IMG/VR virus record: IMGVR_UViG_2526164666_000034
Length of the DNA: 31,448 nucleotides
Source of the DNA: a virus
Taxonomy: Duplodnaviria; Heunggongvirae; Uroviricota; Caudoviricetes
Reading direction: 5' to 3' (one strand)
Below, one piece after another: positions 9,164 through 16,462 of the stretch (position 1 is the stretch's first letter; each line of letters opens with the position of its first letter). The notes beneath the pieces were generated by a model. That model did no database searches. It was not told the origin of the DNA and saw only the letters and a list, made by a program, of their open reading frames with translations. The position numbers and the translations under genes were made by a program.

Positions 9164-9897
9164 ATGGAGACTGTTTTTGACGCACTGAAAGCGATGGGAA
9201 AAGCCACGTCGGTAGAGCTGGCTGCGCGACTTGATATCAGTCGTGAAGAAGTACTGAACGAGCTGTGGGAACTGAAAAAGGCTGGCTTCGTTGATAAAAG
9301 CGTATACACCTGGCGTGTGGCTGATAACAACGTTCAGCAGGAACAGCCAGCGCCAGAAGAAACCACCACGGCAACAGAAGCGAAAATCTCAGAGTGCGAT
9401 TTAACCGCGACGATTGAACAACGCGGACCACAAACGGCGGATGAACTGGCTACGCTGTTCGGTACAACATCCCGCAAAGTTGCTTCAACGCTGGCAATGG
9501 CAATCAGCAAAGGTCGTCTGATTCGCGTAAACCAGAACGGTAAAATTCGTTACTGCATACCAGGTGATAATTTACCAGCAGAGCCGAAAGTTGAATCGGT
9601 AGCGGAAACCGATGGTAAAGCCTTTCCTCAGCCAGCCGGTGTTCGTTACCGGTACAGAAAGATGCAACACAGGAAGATATTAAAACAGAAACTGTGGCGG
9701 ACATTGTGCAGTCGCTGCCATCGTTTACTGCAACGCGAGAAGATGATTTGATTTTGCCATCGCTGCATATGGCAAATCGCGAACTGCGTAGGGCGAAGAA
9801 TCATGTCCAGAAGTGGGAGCGAGTCTGCGCCGCGCTGCGGGAGCTGAACAAGCACCGGGATATGGTTGCCGGGATTTGTCGGAAGTCCGGGCAATGA
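9164..9897 (+). CDS. Hypothetical lambdoid early-region protein; apparent 1-nt frame break near 9630-9660
   Basis: ORFs 9164..9751 and 9694..9897 overlap in different frames; total length is 734 nt (3n+2), consistent with one missing base; the downstream frame looks protein-like only after about 9640. Confidence 0.4.
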
Positions 9898-10756
9898 GCG
9901 GATGGTGCAGGCCTGAAATCATGATACTAATAATGAAGGTAAAATGCATCGGCAGTCTGATTGGTCGTAGTGAGGCGGCGGTCAGGATGAAAGCCCAGGT
10001 TAAGGGAATAAGCCTGATTCTGCGGGGTGATTTTCACCAGTCAACAAAATATCCGTAGCGCGATAACGGTCAAAAATTATGGCGCTGACACTTTTGTGCC
10101 ACTGGAGATGACTGTACCTAAGTTCAGGGGAGAAGAACACGTCCGGTGGGATGGTCGGGCCAGATTTAAAGGGCAGGTCATGGCTCCAGCCTGTACGCTG
10201 GCAATGGAGGCTGCCTGGCGGGAAATTGATATGGGAACCACGCCACTCAGGGATTTACTGCCGGTCCAGAGAATAAATTCCTGTTACGGTTACACCACTG
10301 TGATCTTGCAAGTGCAGGAAAGTAGGTCTACACGGTAACGCGAGTGCGTGTAACTTTTGATGTCATTCCCGTAGAAACACCGGACAAATTTTCGCTGACA
10401 GGTCATGCAGAAGGTATAAATCTGCAGATTATGGACAATTACGGATATCCGGCAAGAGCCGGAAAAAGCATGCCGCCTCTAATTCTCAGTGGAAGATGGA
10501 CTTGATTATACTCATTGCATTGTCAGAAATAGTTATCCATTAAAGGCTGGCTATTCCAAACAGGATGTTGATTACAAAAATGTAATCAACATGTAAGGTT
10601 TATACTCTTCAATATGCGTATAATTTTCCTTATTTTGTTGACTTTAAATAACAAGCTATGCACGAGGTAAAGTCGGATAAGTTTATCTGGATGTAATATA
10701 TATTATTTGTAGTGTTTATAACTTTATTTCATGATAACCAATAAAAGGAGTTTTTT

Positions 10757-11515
10757 ATGAGGAACATAATGGCAGGTTTTTTAATATTCCTGTCTTCTGC
10801 TGCTTATGCTGATATCAATCTGTATGGTCCTGGTGGCCCGCATACAGCCTTGCTTGATGCAGCCAAACTTTATGCCGAAAAAACAGGTATTATAGTGAAC
10901 GTTCATTACGGCCCACAGAACAAATGGAATGAAGATGCCAAAAAAAATGCAGATATCTTGTTTGGCGCATCAGAACAATCTGCTCTGGCTATCATTCGGG
11001 ACCATAAAGACAGCTTCAGTGAAAAAGATATTCAGCCTCTTTATCTGCGAAAAAGTATTTTACTGGTAAAGAAAGGTAATCCTAAAAATATCCGGAGTAT
11101 TGACGACCTGACCAGACCTGGGATTGGCGTAATTGTTAATGATGGTGGTGGTACCAGTAATACATCAGGCACTGGCGTCTGGGAAGATATTGCCGGACGT
11201 AAAGGGAATATAGAAACTGTCGCCGCAATCCGAAAAAATATTATTTTATATGCGCCCAATAGCGGAACTGCACGTAAGGCTCTTGAGAATCAGCCTGGAG
11301 CAGATGTCTGGATAACCTGGGCTGACTGGGCAGCCAGTAATCCAGAAATTGGTGATGTCGTGGAAATAGCGCCAGACTACGTGATATGGCGTGATATGAA
11401 CATTACAGTACGTCAGGATGCAAATGATGAAACCCGTCGATTTGCAGAATGGCTACAAACCGATGAAGCGGCGCCTGCATTCAAAAAATATGGCTGGACC
11501 AGGAAAGGCACTTGA
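10757..11515 (+). CDS. Periplasmic solute-binding protein (ModA-like fold), orphan
   Basis: 252-aa ORF with AAGGAG RBS and a signal peptide (MRNIMAGFLIFLSSAAYA|DI); length and C-terminal ..FKKYGWT.K resemble ModA-type binding proteins; no adjacent permease or ATPase; preceded by ~250 bp of very AT-rich DNA. Confidence 0.6.
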   Translation: MRNIMAGFLIFLSSAAYADINLYGPGGPHTALLDAAKLYAEKTGIIVNVHYGPQNKWNEDAKKNADILFGASEQSALAIIRDHKDSFSEKDIQPLYLRKSILLVKKGNPKNIRSIDDLTRPGIGVIVNDGGGTSNTSGTGVWEDIAGRKGNIETVAAIRKNIILYAPNSGTARKALENQPGADVWITWADWAASNPEIGDVVEIAPDYVIWRDMNITVRQDANDETRRFAEWLQTDEAAPAFKKYGWTRKGT

Positions 11516-11633
11516 CATCCTCGTCCTTCAGGACGTGGATTCTTTTTCCGGATGCCGCGCCAGCGGCATGTAGGGGCAGCTCACAAAACGGAAAAATTGT
11601 ACGCTAAGCCTCGCCAGGTGAACTGAATTCATT

Positions 11634-11657
11634 CCGATATGGGAATTCCCATATCGG
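11634..11657. repeat. Perfect 24-bp palindrome CCGATATGGGAATTCCCATATCGG upstream of hok
   Basis: Read directly from the sequence; lies between the binding-protein gene and the hok locus. Confidence 0.6.
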
Positions 11658-11849
11658 GCGAAAACGGTTTGCTGTAACGGCAGAGTTAAGTAGGATTGCT
11701 GCGGGTGCTTGAGGCTATCTGCCTCGGGCATGAACACCAACGGCAGATAGATAAAAGCCCCACCCGACTATAAATCGAAGTGAGGCCCCTATATGCTCGT
11801 CACATATAGATTGCCTCTTACGGACCGAAAGGTCAAGGAGAAGCAGGCT

Positions 11850-12005
11850 ATGAAGCAGCAAAAGGCGATGTTAATCGCCCTGATCGTCATCTGTTTAACC
11901 GTCATAGTGACGGCACTGGTAACGAGGAAAGACCTCTGCGAGGTACGAATCCGAACCGGCCAGACGGAGGTCGCTGTCTTCACAGCTTACGAACCTGAGG
12001 AGTAA
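11850..12005 (+). CDS. hok: Hok-family type I toxin (HokD/RelF-like)
   Basis: 51-aa protein MKQQKAMLIALIVICLTVIVTALVTRKDLCEVRIRTGQTEVAVFTAYEPEE matches recalled HokD; AAGGAG RBS; in-frame upstream extension from 11793 resembles a mok-like leader; terminator follows. Confidence 0.85.
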   Translation: MKQQKAMLIALIVICLTVIVTALVTRKDLCEVRIRTGQTEVAVFTAYEPEE

Positions 12006-12073
12006 GAGACCAGGCGGGGGAGAAATCCCTCGCCACCTCTGATGTGTCAGGCATCCTCAACGCACCCGCACTT

Positions 12074-12100
12074 AACCCGCTTCGGCGGGTTTTTGTTTTT
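12074..12100 (+). terminator. Rho-independent terminator after hok
   Basis: Hairpin AACCCGC-TTCG-GCGGGTT followed by a T-rich tract. Confidence 0.55.
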
Positions 12101-12225
12101 ATTTTCAACGCGTTTGAAGTTCCGGACGGCGCCGGAATAGAATCAAAAATACTTAAGTAGCGCGCAGGGAGAAGAGGGATGGACCCCGAACAGGGGAGTG
12201 CTATTTATCTGGAAGGATTCTGTTG

Positions 12226-12483
12226 ATGAGAATCGAAGAATTACGTGAAATTTTTAGTGAAGATGGCCTCTATACTGTGCGCGTTGAGAAGGGCGCTATT
12301 GTCAGCCACTGCCGTATTAAATGTTTACAGTCTCAACAAAGGAAGAGTGGAGCTGCGTTAATTCATTTTGTGGATGGGCTTGTGACGGATGGTTTTATTT
12401 TGCGTGCAAATGAATTTGTCACATCGTTGCCGTCTCTGAAAGAAGCTGGGATTAAGGCTGGTTTTTCTGCTTTTGAAGATTAG
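12226..12483 (+). CDS. Hypothetical 85-aa protein
   Basis: ORF with GGAAGGA upstream; no recognisable family. Confidence 0.35.
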   Translation: MRIEELREIFSEDGLYTVRVEKGAIVSHCRIKCLQSQQRKSGAALIHFVDGLVTDGFILRANEFVTSLPSLKEAGIKAGFSAFED

Positions 12484-12552
12484 TGAATTCATCTACAATT
12501 CAGCGCAGGGCTGAACCCCTGTTGAGTAACACTGTGCCACCGGAGAAAGCCG

Positions 12553-12831
12553 ATGGCGCAAAATTCCAGACTACACAATTCTGATAATTCAGCCGTCTTT
12601 GCCAGCAGGCACGGGCGGCGTTCTCATGCATTCAAATCTGACTGGTTCCGGCACGCCCCATGCACTGAAGAACAGGCCGAATGGCTGATTCAGAACTACC
12701 GCAGACGTGGGTATGAGTTTAGGAAAGCCCTCAGCCTCGATTATCGTCACTGGATAATCTACGTCAGGCTGCCGTACTCCGAGCGCCCACCGCGTCCGTC
12801 CCGCACATTCCAGCAACGCATCTGGAGGTAA
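12553..12831 (+). CDS. Hypothetical 92-aa nin-region protein
   Basis: ORF with GGAGAAA RBS; stop lies 1 nt before the GTG start of the next gene; occupies the position of rem in Qin, but similarity was not checked. Confidence 0.4.
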   Translation: MAQNSRLHNSDNSAVFASRHGRRSHAFKSDWFRHAPCTEEQAEWLIQNYRRRGYEFRKALSLDYRHWIIYVRLPYSERPPRPSRTFQQRIWR

Positions 12832-12832
12832 C

Positions 12833-13887
12833 GTGCGGGTATTACTTCGACCTGTTCCGGTACCGGAACTTGGGTTGGTGGTCCTTAAACCAGGCCGTGA
12901 ATCCATGCAGGTATTCCATAACCCTCGAGTGCTTGTGGAGCCGGAACCGAAAAGCATGCGCGGTCTGCCGTCCGGCATCGTCCCTGCCGTTCGCCAGCCG
13001 CTGGCGGAGGATAAATCATTACTGCCGTTTTTCAGCAATGAGCGTGTGATTCGTGCTGTTGGTGGCGCTGGTGCACTGTCTGACTGGCTGTTGCGTCATG
13101 TCAAATCCTGCCAGTGGCCTCATGGTGACTATCATCACAGTGAAACCGTTATTCACCGTTATGGTACCGGCGCAATGGTGTTGTGCTGGCACTGCGACAA
13201 CCAGCTGCGTGACCAGACATCCGAATCACTCGAGCAACTTGCTCATCAAAACCTGTCAGCATGGATGATTGACGTCATCGGTCACGCAATAAGCGGTACG
13301 CAGGAGCGTGAATTATCTCTGGCTGAATTATCCTGGTGGGCGGTCCGCAATCAGGTGGCGGACGCGCTACCGGAAGCGGTATTACGTCGTTCGCTGGGGT
13401 TGCGTGCGGAAAAATCCGCTCAATGTACCGTGAAAGCGACATCGTACCGGGAGAGCAGACCGCCACCATCATACTGAAGCAGCGCACAAAAAATCTTGCG
13501 CCGCTGCCTCACGCCCACCAGCAAAACCCGCCACAGGAAAAGACGGTGGTCAGCATTGCCGTTGATCCGGAGTCACCGGCTCAGTATCTCCAGCGCCAGA
13601 AACCACAACGGGAAGAGATGCCTGTATACACGCGCTGGGTAAAAACGCAGAAATGCATGACGTGCGGTAATCAGGCAGATGATCCGCATCACATCATTGG
13701 TCATGGACTGGGAGGGATGGGAACAAAGGCTGATGATTTGTTTGTTATTCCGCTGTGCCGTAAATGCCATAGCGAACTACACGCCGGGGTAAAAGATTTT
13801 GAAGAAAAACACGGCAGCCAGCTGTTGTTGCTGATTCGTTTTTTAATGCACGCGAGAAATTCGGGTGTCCTGAAGTGGAAAGCATGA
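12833..13887 (+). CDS. YdfU-like nin-region protein with a Cys/His zinc-binding motif; frame broken in a 5-base homopolymer
   Basis: ORFs 12833..13477 and 13336..13887 overlap in different frames; one extra base in the run at 13410-13414 yields one ~350-aa ORF, the size of Qin YdfU; C-terminal CMTCG...HH..GHG...C.KCHSELH motif. Confidence 0.5.
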
Positions 13888-14253
13888 ATGACTGAACGGA
13901 TAGAATTTGTTTTGCCTTACCCGCCGACGGTGAATACCTACTGGCGACGTCATGGCAATACGTATTTCATCTCGGAAGCCGGAAAGCGTTATCGCCGTGA
14001 TGTGGCGCTAATTGTTCGCCAGCAGCGGCTGAAATTAAACCTGTCCGGAAGGCTGGTGATAAAGATTATTGCAGAGCCACCGGATAAGCGCCGTCGTGAC
14101 CTGGACAATATCCTGAAAGCACCACTGGATGTGCTGACGCATGCCGGACTTCTCATAGACGACGAGCAGTTTGATGAAATCAATATTGTGCGCGGTCAGC
14201 TCGTTCCTGGTGGGCGGCTGGGGATAAAAATCACAGAACTGGAGTGCGCATGA
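13888..14253 (+). CDS. rusA: RusA Holliday-junction resolvase
   Basis: 121-aa protein; ..PPT.N.YWR.., ..RRRDLDN.., ..GGRLGI.ITE.. motifs match RusA as recalled; start overlaps the upstream stop. Confidence 0.85.
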   Translation: MTERIEFVLPYPPTVNTYWRRHGNTYFISEAGKRYRRDVALIVRQQRLKLNLSGRLVIKIIAEPPDKRRRDLDNILKAPLDVLTHAGLLIDDEQFDEINIVRGQLVPGGRLGIKITELECA

Positions 14254-14408
14254 ATAACCACTATTTACAGTTTGTGCGTGAGCAGCTCATTATCGCCACC
14301 GCTGATTTGAGTGGGGCAACAAAAGGTCAGCTTGAAGCCTGGCAGGAGAATGCCATGTTCGATACAGGGCGTTACAGGCGAAAAAAATCCGGTACCGCGA
14401 TGAAGTGA
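14250..14408 (+). CDS. Small 52-aa ORF translationally coupled to rusA
   Basis: ATGA start/stop overlap with rusA; below the ORF-track size cutoff. An extra base in the 7-base run at 14381-14387 would fuse it in frame to the downstream Q-like ORF. Confidence 0.35.
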   Translation: MNNHYLQFVREQLIIATADLSGATKGQLEAWQENAMFDTGRYRRKKSGTAMK

Positions 14409-14416
14409 CTGGAAAA

Positions 14417-14938
14417 ATGATAACGCGGGATAATCCACCAATCCCGGGAAAGCAATCGCTGGCGAAGGTGACGTCAATTCCTCTGGTCAGTCCGGTTGAG
14501 TTTTCGACATCATCGTGGCGGCGGGCTGTTCTGTCTCTTGAAGAACATCATAAAGCCTGGTTGTTGTGGTGTTACAGCGGGAGTATTTGTTGGGAATATC
14601 AGATCGCGATAACACAGTGGGCGTGGAATGAATTTAATACTCAATCCGGTACCAGAAAAATTGCTGGGAAAACGCAGGAACGCCTGAAAAAATTAATCTG
14701 GCTGGCGGCGCAGGCAGTAAAAGCAGAACTTTTTGGTGGGGAAGGTTATGAATATCAGGAGCTGGCATTACTGGCGGGAGTGACAACTAAAAACTGGTCC
14801 AAAACATTTACTCGTCACTGGGTTGCAATGAAACACATTTTTCACCGACTGGATAGTGAGGCTTTATTATTTGTAATGAGAACACGTTCAAAACAAAAGG
14901 CGGCATTTTCAAAGCAAAGTGTTGCAAAAGTAGATTGA
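14417..14938 (+). CDS. Putative late-gene antiterminator (Q-like)
   Basis: ~173-aa ORF (alternative GTG start at 14405) immediately upstream of a terminator, a late-promoter-like element and the tRNA cluster, which is the canonical Q position; family assignment is by position. Confidence 0.45.
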   Translation: MITRDNPPIPGKQSLAKVTSIPLVSPVEFSTSSWRRAVLSLEEHHKAWLLWCYSGSICWEYQIAITQWAWNEFNTQSGTRKIAGKTQERLKKLIWLAAQAVKAELFGGEGYEYQELALLAGVTTKNWSKTFTRHWVAMKHIFHRLDSEALLFVMRTRSKQKAAFSKQSVAKVD

Positions 14939-15003
14939 AAGGCATATATTTCATGCAAATCTGATATTTTGCCGATTTTGTACGTGATGGCAAAAGCAAA
15001 CAA

Positions 15004-15030
15004 AACCCGCCCACAAGCGGGTTTTGTTGT
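15004..15030 (+). terminator. Rho-independent terminator downstream of the Q-like gene
   Basis: Perfect 7-bp stem AACCCGC/GCGGGTT with a CCACAA loop and T-rich tail. Confidence 0.5.
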
Positions 15031-15095
15031 GCCACTTATCTCGGATAGACATGGTGAATGCGCTGGTGGAGGAGATAAGGGTGATTTTTGTATGC

Positions 15096-15124
15096 TTGCA
15101 ACATTGATTTCGTAACGTTATTAT
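15096..15124 (+). promoter_or_regulatory. Sigma70-like promoter (TTGCAA-17 nt-TATTAT), candidate late promoter
   Basis: Near-consensus -35 and -10 hexamers with a 17-nt spacer, ending ~10 nt before the first tRNA gene. Confidence 0.45.
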
Positions 15125-15133
15125 CCTGCGCCC

Positions 15134-15209
15134 GGCCCTTTAGCTCAGTGGTGAGAGCGAGCGACTCATAATCGCCAGGTCGCTGGTTCAAATCCAGCAA
15201 GGGCCACCA
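15134..15209 (+). tRNA. ileZ: tRNA-Ile (anticodon CAU, ileX/ileZ-like)
   Basis: 76-nt cloverleaf ending GGGCCACCA; closely resembles E. coli ileX as recalled; anticodon loop CTCATAA; encoded CCA. Confidence 0.8.
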
Positions 15210-15210
15210 A

Positions 15211-15286
15211 CCGCCACTAGCCATCAGGAAAGAGCGTCAACCCTTTAAGTTGAGTGTGCGAGGTTCGAGTCCCCGGTGGTGGTCCA
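15211..15286 (+). tRNA. tRNA-like gene, identity uncertain (anticodon loop CCUUUAA, nominal UUU)
   Basis: 76 nt with a 7-bp acceptor stem, perfect 5-bp anticodon stem, TTCGAGT T-loop and CCA end, but a weak D-stem and C at position 33; may be a divergent phage tRNA (Arg slot in Stx phages) or a pseudo-tRNA. Confidence 0.5.
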
Positions 15287-15299
15287 TTATCGGTATTCT

Positions 15300-15373
15300 G
15301 CGTTGTTAGCTCAGCAGGACAGAGCAATTGCCTTCTAAGCAATCGGTCACTGGTTCGACTCCAGTACAACGCG
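15300..15373 (+). tRNA. tRNA-Arg (anticodon UCU)
   Basis: Cloverleaf with acceptor GCGTTGT/ACAACGC, anticodon arm ATTGC-CTTCTAA-GCAAT, T-loop TTCGACT; no encoded CCA. Confidence 0.75.
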
Positions 15374-15388
15374 CTACACTTATTTTCC

Positions 15389-15414
15389 CGGCTCGCTTTT
15401 GCGGGCCTTTTTTG
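15389..15414 (+). terminator. Rho-independent terminator downstream of the tRNA cluster
   Basis: GGCTCGC-TTTT-GCGGGCC hairpin (one G-U pair) followed by a run of six T. Confidence 0.5.
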
Positions 15415-15456
15415 TATCTGCGCCACGCCCGGCGCATACCAACCACAGAGCCTTTC

Positions 15457-15470
15457 GGGGGGGGGGGGGG
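15457..15470. repeat. Run of 14 consecutive G
   Basis: Read directly from the sequence; intergenic, between the tRNA terminator and the TerB-like gene. Confidence 0.9.
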
Positions 15471-15552
15471 AGCTTACGGAGTGGTCAGTGTGACTTTCTC
15501 TGTGGGCAGATCGCTCCCGGGCGTTGGCTCACCCACCCAAAGGAACGTCACG

Positions 15553-15985
15553 ATGTTTGGTATTTTTGGTAAAAAAAGCCCGCAGAGCGGCAACGGAAAT
15601 TAAAAAGTTTGAAAAACGCGATCTGGCACAGGTGGTGATTAACGCCGCCTACCTGGTGGCCTATGCAGATGGTGAATGTGAGGCTTCCTAGAAAGCGAAG
15701 ATCGAACAGGTACTGCGTAATCAGCCTGCGCTGTACGCGTTTACGTCAGAAATTAATGCGATTAGCGCAACCATTATCGGTCAGCTGGATACGAACTTTA
15801 AAACTGGTCGTCGTGCGGCGTTACGTGAGATCGAGGATGTGAAACACGATACGCGTGAAGCGGAAGATGTGCTGGATGTGGCGGTGGCCATTGCGGAGGC
15901 AGACGGCGAAATTGAGCCGGAAGAGCGCAAGGTGCTGGAAGAGATTGCCGGTGTTCTGGGTCTTCGTCTGGAGAATTACCTGTGA
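15553..15985 (+). pseudogene. TerB-like (tellurite-resistance TerB family) gene, disrupted by a frameshift and an in-frame TAG
   Basis: ATG at 15553 with AGGA RBS gives MFGIFGKKSPQSGNGN then a stop; the +1 frame continues ..FEKRDLAQVVINAAYLVAYADGECEAS(TAG at 15689-15691)KAKIEQVL....AIAEADGEIEPEERKVLEEIAGVLGL.., a TerB-like pattern. The 7-base run at 15571-15577 is the likely frameshift site. Confidence 0.5.
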
Positions 15986-16149
15986 CGGTAAAACTGCGCC
16001 TGACTGTGGCTGCACTCCTGCTGTTTCTGGTGGTGATGGTGGATTTCACCAGCAGAATCATGTCGGTGCTGGCGGATGGGGTGCTGGTCTGCGGCATTAT
16101 GGTATTGCTGTGGCCGGTGATAAAAAGAAACAGCCTGCATAATGCTTGA
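15982..16149 (+). CDS. Small hydrophobic protein (55 aa) coupled to the TerB-like gene
   Basis: GTG overlapping the TerB-like TGA (GTGA); translation is largely hydrophobic (..LTVAALLLFLVVMV...VLVCGIMVLLWPV..). Confidence 0.3.
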   Translation: MTVKLRLTVAALLLFLVVMVDFTSRIMSVLADGVLVCGIMVLLWPVIKRNSLHNA

Positions 16150-16349
16150 TTTTTTGTTTGCTGTTTATTAAAAACACTTCTGCATGGTGAATCCCCCTGT
16201 GCGGTGGGGCAATCAGCAAGAAGGAATATGGGGTAATCGCGGATTCAGGTGCTGATACTGAATTCACCGGGAGGCACCCGGCACCATGCTTTGCCACAAA
16301 AGTGTTATTTCTGTTTTTCTCAAACTATCATCGTTATCCCTTTATTTTC

Positions 16350-16376
16350 GGCTGCGCATGGCGCGGCCTTTTTTTT
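16350..16376 (+). terminator. Rho-independent terminator upstream of nanS-p
   Basis: GGCTGCGC-ATG-GCGCGGCC hairpin followed by eight T. Confidence 0.45.
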
Positions 16377-16462
16377 ACGACCAGCCACTGGCAGATGGTC
16401 ATCCTGTGATTTGATTCCGCTTCCGGCTTTTTAACTCTGTTCCTCTACACGGGAGAAATTCG

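Noticed and set aside
8552-9330. Minus-strand ORFs (116, 136, 80 and 143 aa) antisense to the O-like and P-like genes
   Set aside because: Overlap strongly supported plus-strand genes; low-complexity Ser/Arg/Pro-rich translations; no start context.
11634-11657. 24-bp palindrome considered as a terminal inverted repeat of an IS element
   Set aside because: Single palindrome with no transposase ORF or second repeat copy nearby; more likely a regulatory or structural site in the hok locus.
11793-11849. In-frame upstream ATG extending hok to 70 aa
   Set aside because: The AAGGAG RBS is positioned for the internal ATG at 11850, which gives the canonical 51-aa Hok; the extension is better read as a mok-like leader.
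15457-15470. G-run considered as part of a CRISPR or other repeat array
   Set aside because: It is a single mononucleotide tract with no repeat-spacer periodicity; no CRISPR array is present in the window.
15134-16460. Shiga toxin genes expected downstream of the tRNA cluster
   Set aside because: No ORF of the right size or signal-peptide pattern for stx A/B is present; the slot holds the TerB-like pseudogene and a small membrane ORF.
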